From the IMG/VR virus record IMGVR_UViG_3300012971_000011, positions 1 through 44,585 of that record: a stretch of DNA of 44,585 nucleotides, one strand, 5' to 3'. Each line of letters opens with the position of its first letter. Position 1 is the stretch's first letter. Positions 24,565 through 33,881 of this stretch are shown here, one piece after another. Source of the DNA: a virus (Duplodnaviria; Caudoviricetes). The notes beneath the pieces were generated by a model that worked only from the letters and a program-made list of their open reading frames with translations, did not search any database and was not told the DNA's origin. The translations under genes and the position numbers were made by a program.

Positions 24565-27168
24565 GTGCGGACGCCGTTTAAACGCACGCGCAAGGTGGTG
24601 CGCGGGGTGGGACCACTCGACGCGCGACTCCTGCTCCTCGGAGAGGCGCCGGGACGGGATGAGGCATGGTTCGGAGAGCCGTTCGTCGGCCAGGCCGGGC
24701 AGCTCCAGGAGCGTGAGGGCTGGGGGCCGGTCGGCATCACCCGCGACGAGGTGCGCATCGAGAACGTCTGTGAGGAGCGCCCTGATGGGAACCGACTTGA
24801 GACCTTCGGACCGGATCGGGTGGCGTGGTGGCAGCGGCAGTGCCGGCGTCGGCTCGATCAGTTCGTTTCGGCGGCGGCGGCGGCGGGTCGCCGTCCTTGC
24901 CTGGTGCCTGTTGGCAATCTGGCTCTTGCTACGTGCCTCGGGGATCCACTGCCGCTTCTGACCCACGGCCCGCGAGCCGGGCAGTGGCGGATCCAGAAGC
25001 CCACCGGGATCAAGTGGCTACACAAGATTACCCAATATAGAGGTAGTTTATTAGAGTATAGGACGGCGGAGGGGGTGTGGTGTCGGATGATCCCCACGCT
25101 CCACCCGGCGTCCTTTCTCTACCGGGAGGCGGGGTTTGAGGCCTGGCGGGGGGACTGGCGGCGGATCGCGCGGGAGGTGGCGATGGGGTGTCCGCCGGTC
25201 GTCGAGGGGAACGACGTCATTGCCTCCTCGGGGCGCCAGTGTGCGGTCTGGCTCAAGGGGGCGGAGCGCCACGGGAGTCCGATCGCGGTCGATCTGGAGA
25301 CGGCAGGACCACAGCTCCTCTGTGCTGGGCTCGCCCAGGATGGAGCCGGCTCCCTGGTCCTGCCGCTCGTCGATCCCGCGACCGGCACGGGGGTCAAGTG
25401 GGCCTGGTTCTGGCTCGCCCGCGTGCTGGCCTCGGAGCTGGTCAAGGTGTTTCACAACGGGCTGTTCGACACCTTTCTGCTCCGCTGGCACCACCTCCCC
25501 GTCCACCGCTGGAGGTGGGACACGCTCGCCATGCATCACCTCCTCGATCCCTCCGATCGCCACACGCTTGCCTACTGCGCGTCCCGGGACCTCCGCACCG
25601 TGTTCTGGAAGGAGGAGTCGAAGGAGACCGAGGTGGGTCCGAGGGGAGGGCTCAAGCGGAAGACGGCGAACTGGGAGCAGTTCCTCCGCTACTGCGGGAA
25701 GGACGCCCGGCACACGATCGAGCTGCAGGAGAAGTACGCCGAGCGCCTCGTCCAGCGCGGGCTCCAGGACATCTACGCCGCGCACTACCGGCGCGTGATG
25801 TGGGCGAGTCTCGACCTCTCCCTGGAGGGCTTCACGGTCGATCAGGAGGAGCAAGCGCGGTTACACGCGGAGGCCATGTCCCAGTTGGAGGAGATCCGCC
25901 ACCAGCTCGCCGAGCGCGCCGGGGTCCCGCTCACCACGGGTCCGAGGATCCTCAAGTCCGGGAAGCCGAGCACGGCCAAGTCGCAGCCGAAAGGGGGCCT
26001 CTCCAATCCTGCCATCTTGAAATACTTCTATGAGACCTTGAAGATCAAGCCGTATCGGAGAGGCGGGAAGGCGACGGCGGACGAGGTGGCGATCCGGCGG
26101 ATCCAGGTCCGGTATCCGAAGAAGGCCGGCGCGGTCTGCGAACTCATCTTGCGCTTCCGCTACCAGGAGAAGGTGGCGCAGTTCACGGCGCCGACCCGGC
26201 TCGACCGCGATGGCAGGATCCGCTCGCTGTTCCGTCCCCTGACGACGACGGGACGGTGCCGGGCGCAGACCCCGCCGACCGGGGTGGGGACCAACTTGCA
26301 GAACCAGCTCCGCTCCGTGCGCTCGATGTTCGTCGCCTCCCGGCCCGGGCATCTCCTCCTGGAGCTGGACGAGAGCCAGGCGGAGAGCCGGATCGTGGAC
26401 GGGGCGAGTGGGGACCGCCGGGCGCTGGAGCTGGCACGCACGGCTCCCTTGGACCTGGACCAGCATCGCCTGATGGCGGCGGAGGTCCTCGGGAAGGGGA
26501 TGGAGGGGGTCACCAGCTCGGAGCGGGAGAACGTCGGGAAGCGGGGCCGGCATGCCACCAACTACGGGATGGAGGGGGCGAGGTTCTCGGAGGTGCTCGT
26601 CAAGGAGACCGAGGGCGAGGTGGTGCTCACCCCGGACGAGTGCCAGTCGATCATCGACCGCGTCATGCGAGCGCGCCCGTACATCGCCACCTGGCAGGCC
26701 TGGGTGCGGGAGCAGATCATCGAGAGACGTAGACTAGTTAACTCCTATGGTAGACACCTCCTGTTCTCCGGGAGGATCCTCACCAAGGAGGACTACAAGG
26801 AGGGCTACGCGTTTGGGCCGCAGAGTGACGTCGGGTGTCTCCTGACGCAGGAGGGGTGGGTGCCAGTATGGGCGACGATCAAGAAGCGGAAGATGGCGAG
26901 CCGGGTGGTGCTGAACGGCCACGACAGCTTCATTTTGGATGGGCCACCGGAGGAGCTGTGGGAGCTGGGCCAGGGAGCGATCGAGCGGATGCGGGCGGAG
27001 CGCGAGTACCAGGGGGTGAAGGGACCCTGGACGCTCCGGATGCCGGTGGGGCTCAAGGTGGGGAGACGATGGGGGAGCGGGATGACGGAGTTCAAGCAGG
27101 CGGAGCTGGTCACCTACGAGGCCTGGCGGGTGGTCGTGGACGATCTCCTCACCCGGGCCGCGTCGTGA
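24565..27168 (+). CDS. Family A DNA polymerase with N-terminal uracil-DNA glycosylase-like and 3'-5' exonuclease domains
   Basis: UDG: GEAPGRDE..FVGQAG, HPA. Exonuclease: DLET, FHNGLFD, YCGKD. Polymerase: TTTGR, NLQN, DESQAESR, KRGRHATNYG, HDS. Confidence 0.9.
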   Translation: MRTPFKRTRKVVRGVGPLDARLLLLGEAPGRDEAWFGEPFVGQAGQLQEREGWGPVGITRDEVRIENVCEERPDGNRLETFGPDRVAWWQRQCRRRLDQFVSAAAAAGRRPCLVPVGNLALATCLGDPLPLLTHGPRAGQWRIQKPTGIKWLHKITQYRGSLLEYRTAEGVWCRMIPTLHPASFLYREAGFEAWRGDWRRIAREVAMGCPPVVEGNDVIASSGRQCAVWLKGAERHGSPIAVDLETAGPQLLCAGLAQDGAGSLVLPLVDPATGTGVKWAWFWLARVLASELVKVFHNGLFDTFLLRWHHLPVHRWRWDTLAMHHLLDPSDRHTLAYCASRDLRTVFWKEESKETEVGPRGGLKRKTANWEQFLRYCGKDARHTIELQEKYAERLVQRGLQDIYAAHYRRVMWASLDLSLEGFTVDQEEQARLHAEAMSQLEEIRHQLAERAGVPLTTGPRILKSGKPSTAKSQPKGGLSNPAILKYFYETLKIKPYRRGGKATADEVAIRRIQVRYPKKAGAVCELILRFRYQEKVAQFTAPTRLDRDGRIRSLFRPLTTTGRCRAQTPPTGVGTNLQNQLRSVRSMFVASRPGHLLLELDESQAESRIVDGASGDRRALELARTAPLDLDQHRLMAAEVLGKGMEGVTSSERENVGKRGRHATNYGMEGARFSEVLVKETEGEVVLTPDECQSIIDRVMRARPYIATWQAWVREQIIERRRLVNSYGRHLLFSGRILTKEDYKEGYAFGPQSDVGCLLTQEGWVPVWATIKKRKMASRVVLNGHDSFILDGPPEELWELGQGAIERMRAEREYQGVKGPWTLRMPVGLKVGRRWGSGMTEFKQAELVTYEAWRVVVDDLLTRAAS

Positions 27169-27389
27169 TCCGGCAGATCTTCCGGCGCCGCGAGCGCTGC
27201 CTCGTCTGCACCGACGGGGCGCTCCTCGTCCAGGACGACCCGCTCCCGCATGCGATCGAGGAGGTCTGGATCCAAAGAGGAAAGGATGAGGTGTGCTTCG
27301 TCTACGACATCACCACGATCGAGGCGGATGAGCACGGGCGGGAGACCGAGGTGGCGTGGTATCGCGAGAAGGAGGGGTTAGTCGAATGA
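27165..27389 (+). CDS. Hypothetical protein (74 aa)
   Basis: GTGA overlap with the polymerase stop and ATGA overlap with the helicase start. Confidence 0.5.
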   Translation: MIRQIFRRRERCLVCTDGALLVQDDPLPHAIEEVWIQRGKDEVCFVYDITTIEADEHGRETEVAWYREKEGLVE

Positions 27390-28780
27390 GTCTCTTGACG
27401 GAGTATTTGAAGTGGACGGCGGACGAAGAGGCGCCGGAGCGCTTCCACCTCTTCGCGGCGCTCACCGGCGCGGCGCATTGTCTGGGACGGCGGGTGTGGG
27501 TGCCACACGGGAAGCGGGTGATCTATCCCGGGCAGACGCTCACCTTGCTCCTGGGGCCGTCCGGGCTCCGCAAGACCTCGGCGGCCTCGCTCGTCGAGGG
27601 GCTCCTCCAGGAGACCCGCCGGGCGCTCCCGAAGAAGGACCGCTGGCGGATCAACGTGATGGCGGAGCGTGGCTCGACGCAGGGGCTGATCGACGACCTG
27701 GTGCCGAAGGGGCTCGATGGGGAGGCCTTGCCGAAGGAGGAGTTCGACTGCGCCGGCTTTCTCTACGCGCCGGAGATGGCGGTGACGTTCGGCTCAGCGA
27801 GCTACGTCGAGGAGCTGACCCATTTCATTACCCGGGCCGCTGATGGCGCCTCGGGATTCTACAACGCAGCGCAGCAGACCGTCTCCGACGGCTGGCTCAC
27901 GACATCCTTCAAGAAAGATAAGGGACAAGCCAGGTTCAAGAATCCGACCCTGACGATGCTGGCGTGCGCGACGCCGACGCATCTCCGCCAGGGGGGAGGC
28001 CTGCCACCCCAGGTGAAAGAGACCGGCTTTCTCGCGCGGCTCCTCACCATCTACGAGGAACGCTCCTCGCGCCCACCCCAGTCCCATCTCCGCCGGGTCG
28101 AGGAGGACCGTGATCCCGCAGAGCTGGTGCGAGGGTTTGCGCTCCTCGCATTGCTCGCCGGGAAGGCGACGCTCACGGCGGAGGGGGAGCGCGCGATGGA
28201 TCTCTGGTACGCGGGACTCCATGAGCGGCTCCAGCAAGAGAAGAACACGCTGGTCCAAGCCTTCCTCGGACGAGCGCAGACGCATGTGATCCGCCTCGCG
28301 CTGACGCTGGCGGCGATCGAGGCCATCGCGCACCCGAAGCACATCATCCTGGACGAGCGCCACTTTGGGCAGGCGATCACGCTCGTCGAGCGCATCGAGC
28401 GGGATCTTCCGCGTGCTTTTACCGAAATGGTGGCGGGCGGGAAGCAGCAAGCGACCGTCGATCGCGTGCGGCACTGCCTCTCCAATCGCTGGGTCGTCTG
28501 GCGTCGACTCTGCCAGAAGGTGATGCATGCGCGAGCGGGGCAGTACCGGGTGGACCAGATCGAGCCCGCGCTCGATGCGCTCATCATGGCGGGAGAGGTG
28601 GTGCGGCGCGGGGAGATGCGGGGGCGGACGAAGACGGAGTACCGGCTCGCGCCGAGACGGGCGAATCCCTGGCTCTGCAAGACCCCGGCGCAGGCGATCC
28701 CCGATGAGGCCTACCTGGATGAGCAGGATGCGATCGAGGAGTGGGCGGAGGCCAAGGAGGCAGGGCTCAAGGCCCATTAG
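27386..28780 (+). CDS. DUF3987/YfjI-like P-loop ATPase, putative replicative helicase
   Basis: EAPERFHLFAAL, LLGPSGLRKTSA Walker A, NPTLTMLACATP, GFLAR arginine finger and C-terminal wHTH. Confidence 0.75.
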   Translation: MSLLTEYLKWTADEEAPERFHLFAALTGAAHCLGRRVWVPHGKRVIYPGQTLTLLLGPSGLRKTSAASLVEGLLQETRRALPKKDRWRINVMAERGSTQGLIDDLVPKGLDGEALPKEEFDCAGFLYAPEMAVTFGSASYVEELTHFITRAADGASGFYNAAQQTVSDGWLTTSFKKDKGQARFKNPTLTMLACATPTHLRQGGGLPPQVKETGFLARLLTIYEERSSRPPQSHLRRVEEDRDPAELVRGFALLALLAGKATLTAEGERAMDLWYAGLHERLQQEKNTLVQAFLGRAQTHVIRLALTLAAIEAIAHPKHIILDERHFGQAITLVERIERDLPRAFTEMVAGGKQQATVDRVRHCLSNRWVVWRRLCQKVMHARAGQYRVDQIEPALDALIMAGEVVRRGEMRGRTKTEYRLAPRRANPWLCKTPAQAIPDEAYLDEQDAIEEWAEAKEAGLKAH

Positions 28781-28783
28781 CGG

Positions 28784-28812
28784 TTGACGCGAGCATGCTG
28801 GAGAGTTAGGTG
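28784..28812 (+). promoter_or_regulatory. Putative promoter
   Basis: TTGACG-17 nt-TAGGTG. Confidence 0.4.
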
Positions 28813-28818
28813 ACGGGC

Positions 28819-29022
28819 ATGCTCCTCCTCGACGTGATCGCGCTCTGGCTGGTCCTCTCCGGGATCCGGAGCTGGAGCCGCCGCGTGCTGCGAGCGGTCG
28901 AGCAACCGCCTCACCAGTGTGTGTGTTTACACGCGCCCGTCGTCCCCGTGCCCGAGCCGGCGCCGACTCCCCTCGACGCCGAGACCTGGGTGCGGGGACG
29001 CGGGGCGATGGGCGTCCGCTAG
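28819..29022 (+). CDS. Small membrane-anchored protein
   Basis: MLLLDVIALWLVLSGI hydrophobic N-terminus; last gene of the + arm. Confidence 0.5.
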   Translation: MLLLDVIALWLVLSGIRSWSRRVLRAVEQPPHQCVCLHAPVVPVPEPAPTPLDAETWVRGRGAMGVR

Positions 29023-29023
29023 C

Positions 29024-30382
29024 TCACTCGGCGCCCGGCGTCTGCGGGCTTCCCGGCGGCGGCTTCAAGTTCTCCAGACCCTGGAGGAGGCGGACGGCGA
29101 GCCAGAGTTTCCCGAGTTCGCGGGCGTAGGGATGCGCCACCCGGGCGGCGGTGCCGACCCCGCCGAGGGTGCGGGGGATCGCGGTCTGGGCGAGCCACTC
29201 GGCGAAGGAGGGGTGGCCTGGCGGTGGGGGCTCGGACGCGAGGAGGCGCATCTCGAAGGGCGGCTTCTGGGCAGTGAGGGGGGTGACCTCGGGGACGGGG
29301 ACGTCGGGTCCCATGGGGCGCTGGAAGCGTCCCGTCTGGCGGTAGTAGTCGGCATAGGCCGCGTTGCGCGCGGAGTTTGCCTGCTGGGCCTCCCGGGCGG
29401 CCTGCATCTGCGCCTGCTGGGTGGCGCGAGCGGCACGCCAGTCCTCGACCGCGTTGGTGGCGTTCTCCCAGTTGAAGGTGGCCTCCGACGGGGCGCGGGT
29501 GAGGACGTTGTAGACCCCCTTGGCGCCGACGAGCGCGGGGAGGACCGTGTTCGTGCCGTACTGGGCAGCGGTCCCCCAGTTCGGGTGGCCGGCGGCATCG
29601 AGCGCGGCGCCGGCGGCGTAGCCGGGGAGGCCGAGCGCGCGGTTGGTGTCTGGGAGTGAGCCGATCATCCGGGTCGTGTCGAGGGGGAGCCCGAAGCGAT
29701 CGGTTGCTTCGGGGGCCTCCGGAGCGGGGACGCCGGCCCGGGTGCGTAGCGCCTCCATGAAGGTGGGGGGACCGGACGGCGCGGCGGTGGGGCCTGCCTC
29801 GATGCGCGCCCAGTCGATCGGGGCGTTCGAGGGTGGGGCTTCGAGGACGAGCATGCCACCGCCAGGAGCTGCGGCGGCAGGAGCTGCGGCGGGAGCTGCG
29901 GGAGCGGCAGCAGTGCCTTCGCCCGGCGTGAAGGTCCAGTCGCTCGCCATGGTGCCTCCAGGATTCCCTCGGTCGGCGCGGATCGCCGAGACGACCGCCA
30001 TCCCCTCGTCGGGTTGCTTGTGACCGGGGTTGACCTCGCCGTGCCCGTAGACCGGGACATTCGGGTAGTTGGCTGAGATGAAGTTCCGGGCCGACGCGAT
30101 CTGCGCCGGGGTGACGTCGGCGTTGTTCCGCGCGACCAGCTCCATCCCCACCGCGTTCGCGTTCGTCAGGCCCGGCGCCATCCCGCCCCAGGCGTCGTTC
30201 GGCTGCATGTGGGGGGAGCCTGCCCCTCCATATGGATAGATAGTACCATCCCTATCCATGAGGTACTCGGAGCCGAGACCGCGTTGCTGGAGGGTGGAGA
30301 CGAGCCCGGAGAGGGTCGAGCCCCCCGAGTGGTGAAAGACGAAGCCCTGGGCGGGGTAGATCGGGAGGTCTTCCGTCGCCAT
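29024..30382 (-). CDS. Ejection-type virion protein with N-terminal N-acetylmuramoyl-L-alanine amidase domain
   Basis: FVFHHSG, YLMDRDGTIY, GMELV, VTPAQ and VYGHGEV amidase_2-like motifs; follows other ejection genes. Confidence 0.7.
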   Translation of the reverse strand: MATEDLPIYPAQGFVFHHSGGSTLSGLVSTLQQRGLGSEYLMDRDGTIYPYGGAGSPHMQPNDAWGGMAPGLTNANAVGMELVARNNADVTPAQIASARNFISANYPNVPVYGHGEVNPGHKQPDEGMAVVSAIRADRGNPGGTMASDWTFTPGEGTAAAPAAPAAAPAAAAPGGGMLVLEAPPSNAPIDWARIEAGPTAAPSGPPTFMEALRTRAGVPAPEAPEATDRFGLPLDTTRMIGSLPDTNRALGLPGYAAGAALDAAGHPNWGTAAQYGTNTVLPALVGAKGVYNVLTRAPSEATFNWENATNAVEDWRAARATQQAQMQAAREAQQANSARNAAYADYYRQTGRFQRPMGPDVPVPEVTPLTAQKPPFEMRLLASEPPPPGHPSFAEWLAQTAIPRTLGGVGTAARVAHPYARELGKLWLAVRLLQGLENLKPPPGSPQTPGAE

Positions 30383-32409
30383 CACTCACCGCCGACGACG
30401 CGGACGGTGGTCTCGGGGGAGACCGGGCCGGGCTGTGCCCAGGGATTCAGATGGGAGGAGACGTCCAAGGTGGTCATCTGGTTGTTCACCAGCGCCTGGC
30501 GGATCGTGTGCAGGGTCTGGAGGGTCTGCTTCACCTTCTCGACGGCGGAGGCGCGGGTGTCCATTCCAGGGGAAGGAATGTAGGCGTCTCGCATGTTTGC
30601 TTGCTCGTAGTTGGTGAGGCGTCCGGAGACGGACGTGGCGCGGGCGAGTTCGGCGAGGAGCCCCTTCTCGTTCATCATGATGGTGGTGGCGAGTCCGTGG
30701 TCCGGGTGCTCCGGGCGGCGCGCGATCCCGGGGATGGTCTCGAAGATCTGCTCCCCGGTCTGGGAGAAGGGATTCGGGAGCCCCTGGCCACCCGGGGAGA
30801 TGACGCTCCCGAGGGGGCTGTTTCGGCCACCGAGAAAGAGGCTGTACTCCGTCCGCTGTGGGTCGGTGGGGAAGACGTCCAGGGGGATGCGACCCCGGGC
30901 GTCCGGGGTGATGTAGGCCTGCTCGCGGGCGATCATGCCGTCGATCGCGGAGAGCTGGGTCCGCATGGGGGTGGACATGCGGGCCTGGGTCATCGCCTGG
31001 GCTTCCTCGACGCGGTTGCGCTCCTTCCAGGCGCGCACGTACTCGGCGGTCCCGAGGATCTTCTGCTCGATCGTCTTGTACTCGGGGTGGGCGGCGAGCC
31101 ATTCCCGGAGGTCCGGGTTGGCTTGCGCGGCGGCGTAGAAGTCGGCCTTCGCCTGCCAGGAGGGGGCGGCGGGAGCCGGGGTCTCGACGGCTTTCGCGGG
31201 CTCGCCCTGGGCGACAGGAGCTGGGGGCGCCGCCGGGGCTGGTCCGCGTGGCGGGATGAAGGCGGCGGAGGGGGAGCCGACCGCCTCGGGAGGAGCGCCG
31301 GGTGGGATCGGAGCTGGGGAGAGCGCGACGGGAGCGCGGGGCGCAAGGGCCGTGCCGACCTGGGCTCCGGCGGCGGCGCCGGGCTCCTGGAAGGCAGGGG
31401 ACGGGTACTGGGGTCCCTGGGTGGGAGGGCCGAGCGCGCCGGTCTTCGGGTCGTAGGTCCGCACGGTGCCGTCGGAGGACATGAAGGTGTTGTCGGCGCC
31501 GAAGGTCCCCTGGACGGTCTCGCCGGTCTTCCGATTGGTGAAGGTGCCGGTCTGGCCCGGCGCAAACGTGGGCGCGGCTGGAGCTGCGGTGGGCGCTGGC
31601 GGCCCTGTGGCGGCTCCCGGAGCCGGCGGCCCTACCAGAGGCGCTGGCGGGGCTGTAGCGGCGGCTCTCGGTGGCACGGGTCGTGCAGGGGGAGCGGCTG
31701 GACGGCCAGCAGGCCGGGGCGTCACCAGACCGGGACCGGGGGGCTCGACGGCGCCGGGGTAGGTTGGCTGGACGCCGTAGTTCTGGGTGATGGTTGGGCC
31801 GTGGGGACCCATGGTGACGGTGGCGGTCTGGGGATGGAGGCCTGACTGGGTGAACTCGGGGGGCATGCCGCCGCGCTTGATGTACTCGGTGAGCTGGCGC
31901 TCGTACTCGGTCTGGGCGGTGGTCAGCTCCTCCTTCGGGGTGATGACGCGGGGAGGGAGGCCGGCGGGGAGCGCGTGGATCATGCCGAAGCCACCCGGGG
32001 TCTGGCCGAAGAACTGGATGTCCTCGGGGGAGAGCCCGTACTGGGCGGCGTTCTCGGCGGTGATGCCACCGGGCGGGAGGGGCTGCATCGGGATGCCAGC
32101 CATCTGGGCGATGCGGGGATCTCCCATCATGGCGTAGCGTCCGATCGGCTGGGTCTCCAGGTTCGCCAACTGGGAGGCCATCGCCATGTTGCGCGTCTGG
32201 TTGGCGACCGAGGGCTCCATGAAGCGTCCGAGGCCGTAGGAGAGGACGGCGTGCGGGGCCTGGATCAGGTCGCGGAGGATGTTCCCGGGCTGGGCTTTCG
32301 CGAGGTCCCAGATCGAGGTCCCGGAGCCCCCCGTGTAGTAGCCGGGTCCGCCGGCGGGCTGGCTGTACTGGTTCGCGATCCCGTTCAAGAAGTCGCCGAC
32401 GCCACCCAT
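30382..32409 (-). CDS. Putative internal virion / DNA ejection protein (Pro/Ala-rich, 675 aa)
   Basis: Position after the tail genes; low-complexity and helical composition. Confidence 0.6.
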   Translation of the reverse strand: MGGVGDFLNGIANQYSQPAGGPGYYTGGSGTSIWDLAKAQPGNILRDLIQAPHAVLSYGLGRFMEPSVANQTRNMAMASQLANLETQPIGRYAMMGDPRIAQMAGIPMQPLPPGGITAENAAQYGLSPEDIQFFGQTPGGFGMIHALPAGLPPRVITPKEELTTAQTEYERQLTEYIKRGGMPPEFTQSGLHPQTATVTMGPHGPTITQNYGVQPTYPGAVEPPGPGLVTPRPAGRPAAPPARPVPPRAAATAPPAPLVGPPAPGAATGPPAPTAAPAAPTFAPGQTGTFTNRKTGETVQGTFGADNTFMSSDGTVRTYDPKTGALGPPTQGPQYPSPAFQEPGAAAGAQVGTALAPRAPVALSPAPIPPGAPPEAVGSPSAAFIPPRGPAPAAPPAPVAQGEPAKAVETPAPAAPSWQAKADFYAAAQANPDLREWLAAHPEYKTIEQKILGTAEYVRAWKERNRVEEAQAMTQARMSTPMRTQLSAIDGMIAREQAYITPDARGRIPLDVFPTDPQRTEYSLFLGGRNSPLGSVISPGGQGLPNPFSQTGEQIFETIPGIARRPEHPDHGLATTIMMNEKGLLAELARATSVSGRLTNYEQANMRDAYIPSPGMDTRASAVEKVKQTLQTLHTIRQALVNNQMTTLDVSSHLNPWAQPGPVSPETTVRVVGGE

Positions 32410-32411
32410 GG

Positions 32412-33308
32412 TCAGTGCCCCGAGAGGAGGCCCCAGCTCTTACCCCGGGATGCCTCACCCATCTGTGGACGGATCATATTGAAGAGAGACATGAGAGGAT
32501 TCTGGGCAGATTGGAAGTAACTCATCAAGTCCTGGGCTCCCTGCATGGGGAGCTGCGTCGCCCCGGTCAAGAGGGAGGCGAGCTGGGGATAGGCGGCGAA
32601 GAGTTGGGCCTTGGCATCGGGTCCCATCGACGCGAGCTGGGCACCGAGGGCTCCCAACTGCCCGCGTGCTCCGGCGGCGCCGGTCACTCCCTGGATCGCT
32701 GCTTGCTGGGCGTCGCGGTCTGACTGGAGGGCCTTGAAGGCGAGGTCCGAGGTGAGGGCCTGCTCGCCGGCCTGGGACTGGCCGCCCTCGACCATGCCGC
32801 GTGCGGCGGCGGCTTCGCGGGTGGGGGCGAGGGCGCGGCGCTCCGCCTCCTGGAAGGTGGCGCGCGACTGGAGCGGGGACATGACGTCGGAGAGCGCGGT
32901 CTCGGCGGCGCCCTGGGCCTTCGTGGCGCCGCTGGTCGCTCCCGCGACGGTGGACTGGAAGCCGGGGAGCTGGGACATGAAGTTATCGACCGCGTTCTGG
33001 TAGCCGCCGAAGGTCGAGGTCGCGCCGGTCGTCAGGCGGGAGGAGAGATCCTGGAGCTGGGGGATGTAGGAGCCAGCTACTTGTGTACCTTGATTGATGT
33101 AGTTGGCGAGGGGACCGGTGCCGCCCTGGTAGCCGAAGCCGCGTGCGAGGGGGGAGGCGAACTGGGTGTTGATCTCCTTCTCCATCGAGAAGGGGAGGCC
33201 GTGGAAGGGGTCGAACATCTGGGGGTGGGACGACTGCATCTGCTGCCCGTAGGCGCGGACGCGCGGCCCACGCGGGCGTGCGTGTAAACGACGCGTGTCG
33301 TCGATCAT
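32412..33308 (-). CDS. Putative internal virion / DNA ejection protein
   Basis: Q/A/G-rich helical protein (AAARGMVEGG); position; start uncertain. Confidence 0.6.
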   Translation of the reverse strand: MIDDTRRLHARPRGPRVRAYGQQMQSSHPQMFDPFHGLPFSMEKEINTQFASPLARGFGYQGGTGPLANYINQGTQVAGSYIPQLQDLSSRLTTGATSTFGGYQNAVDNFMSQLPGFQSTVAGATSGATKAQGAAETALSDVMSPLQSRATFQEAERRALAPTREAAAARGMVEGGQSQAGEQALTSDLAFKALQSDRDAQQAAIQGVTGAAGARGQLGALGAQLASMGPDAKAQLFAAYPQLASLLTGATQLPMQGAQDLMSYFQSAQNPLMSLFNMIRPQMGEASRGKSWGLLSGH

Positions 33309-33871
33309 CGCTCCTCCTTCTCGGGGACCGGGACGGGGAGAAGGGCGTCGTGGTCGAGCCCGTTCGCCTGATCGGCGGCGCGCTTGGCGCGACGGCGGTC
33401 CAAGCGGGCGAGCATCACGGCGATCGGGGCGTGGGCGCGCACCTCGTAGTCGTGGAAGCCGTAGCGCTCCCAGATCTGCTGGCCGGGCTGGTGGGTGATC
33501 TCGCCGTGGGTGAGGCCCTGGGCGAGGCCGTGCTCGCAGGCCATCTCCGTCAGCGCTTCGGCGACCCCCTCGGTGCGGCCCTCGGGGGTGACGTAGAGGT
33601 AGTGGACGAAGCCGTAGCGCTGCGGGGTCCCGAAGGCGCGAGCCTGGATCTCGTAGAGGAGGAAGCCGATCGGGTCTCCCTCCAGCTCGGCGAGGAAGGC
33701 GAAGGCCTCCGCCGGTTGGCGGGCGAGGGCGACGGCGAGCTGGCGGGTGAAGGTGTCCACCCCGGAGGCGACGTTCTCGGGGTAGGGTGGGGCCAGCTCG
33801 GTGACGAAGGCCTTCCAGAGTGTCCGCAGGACGGGGAGATCCGAGAGGGTAGCTATTCTAATAGAGTACAT
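33305..33871 (-). CDS. GNAT-family acetyltransferase-like protein
   Basis: IRIATLSDL, LYVTPEGRTEGVAEAL and WERYGF motifs; podoviral position between tail and ejection genes. Confidence 0.8.
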   Translation of the reverse strand: MYSIRIATLSDLPVLRTLWKAFVTELAPPYPENVASGVDTFTRQLAVALARQPAEAFAFLAELEGDPIGFLLYEIQARAFGTPQRYGFVHYLYVTPEGRTEGVAEALTEMACEHGLAQGLTHGEITHQPGQQIWERYGFHDYEVRAHAPIAVMLARLDRRRAKRAADQANGLDHDALLPVPVPEKEER

Positions 33872-33881
33872 GGTAGACCTA

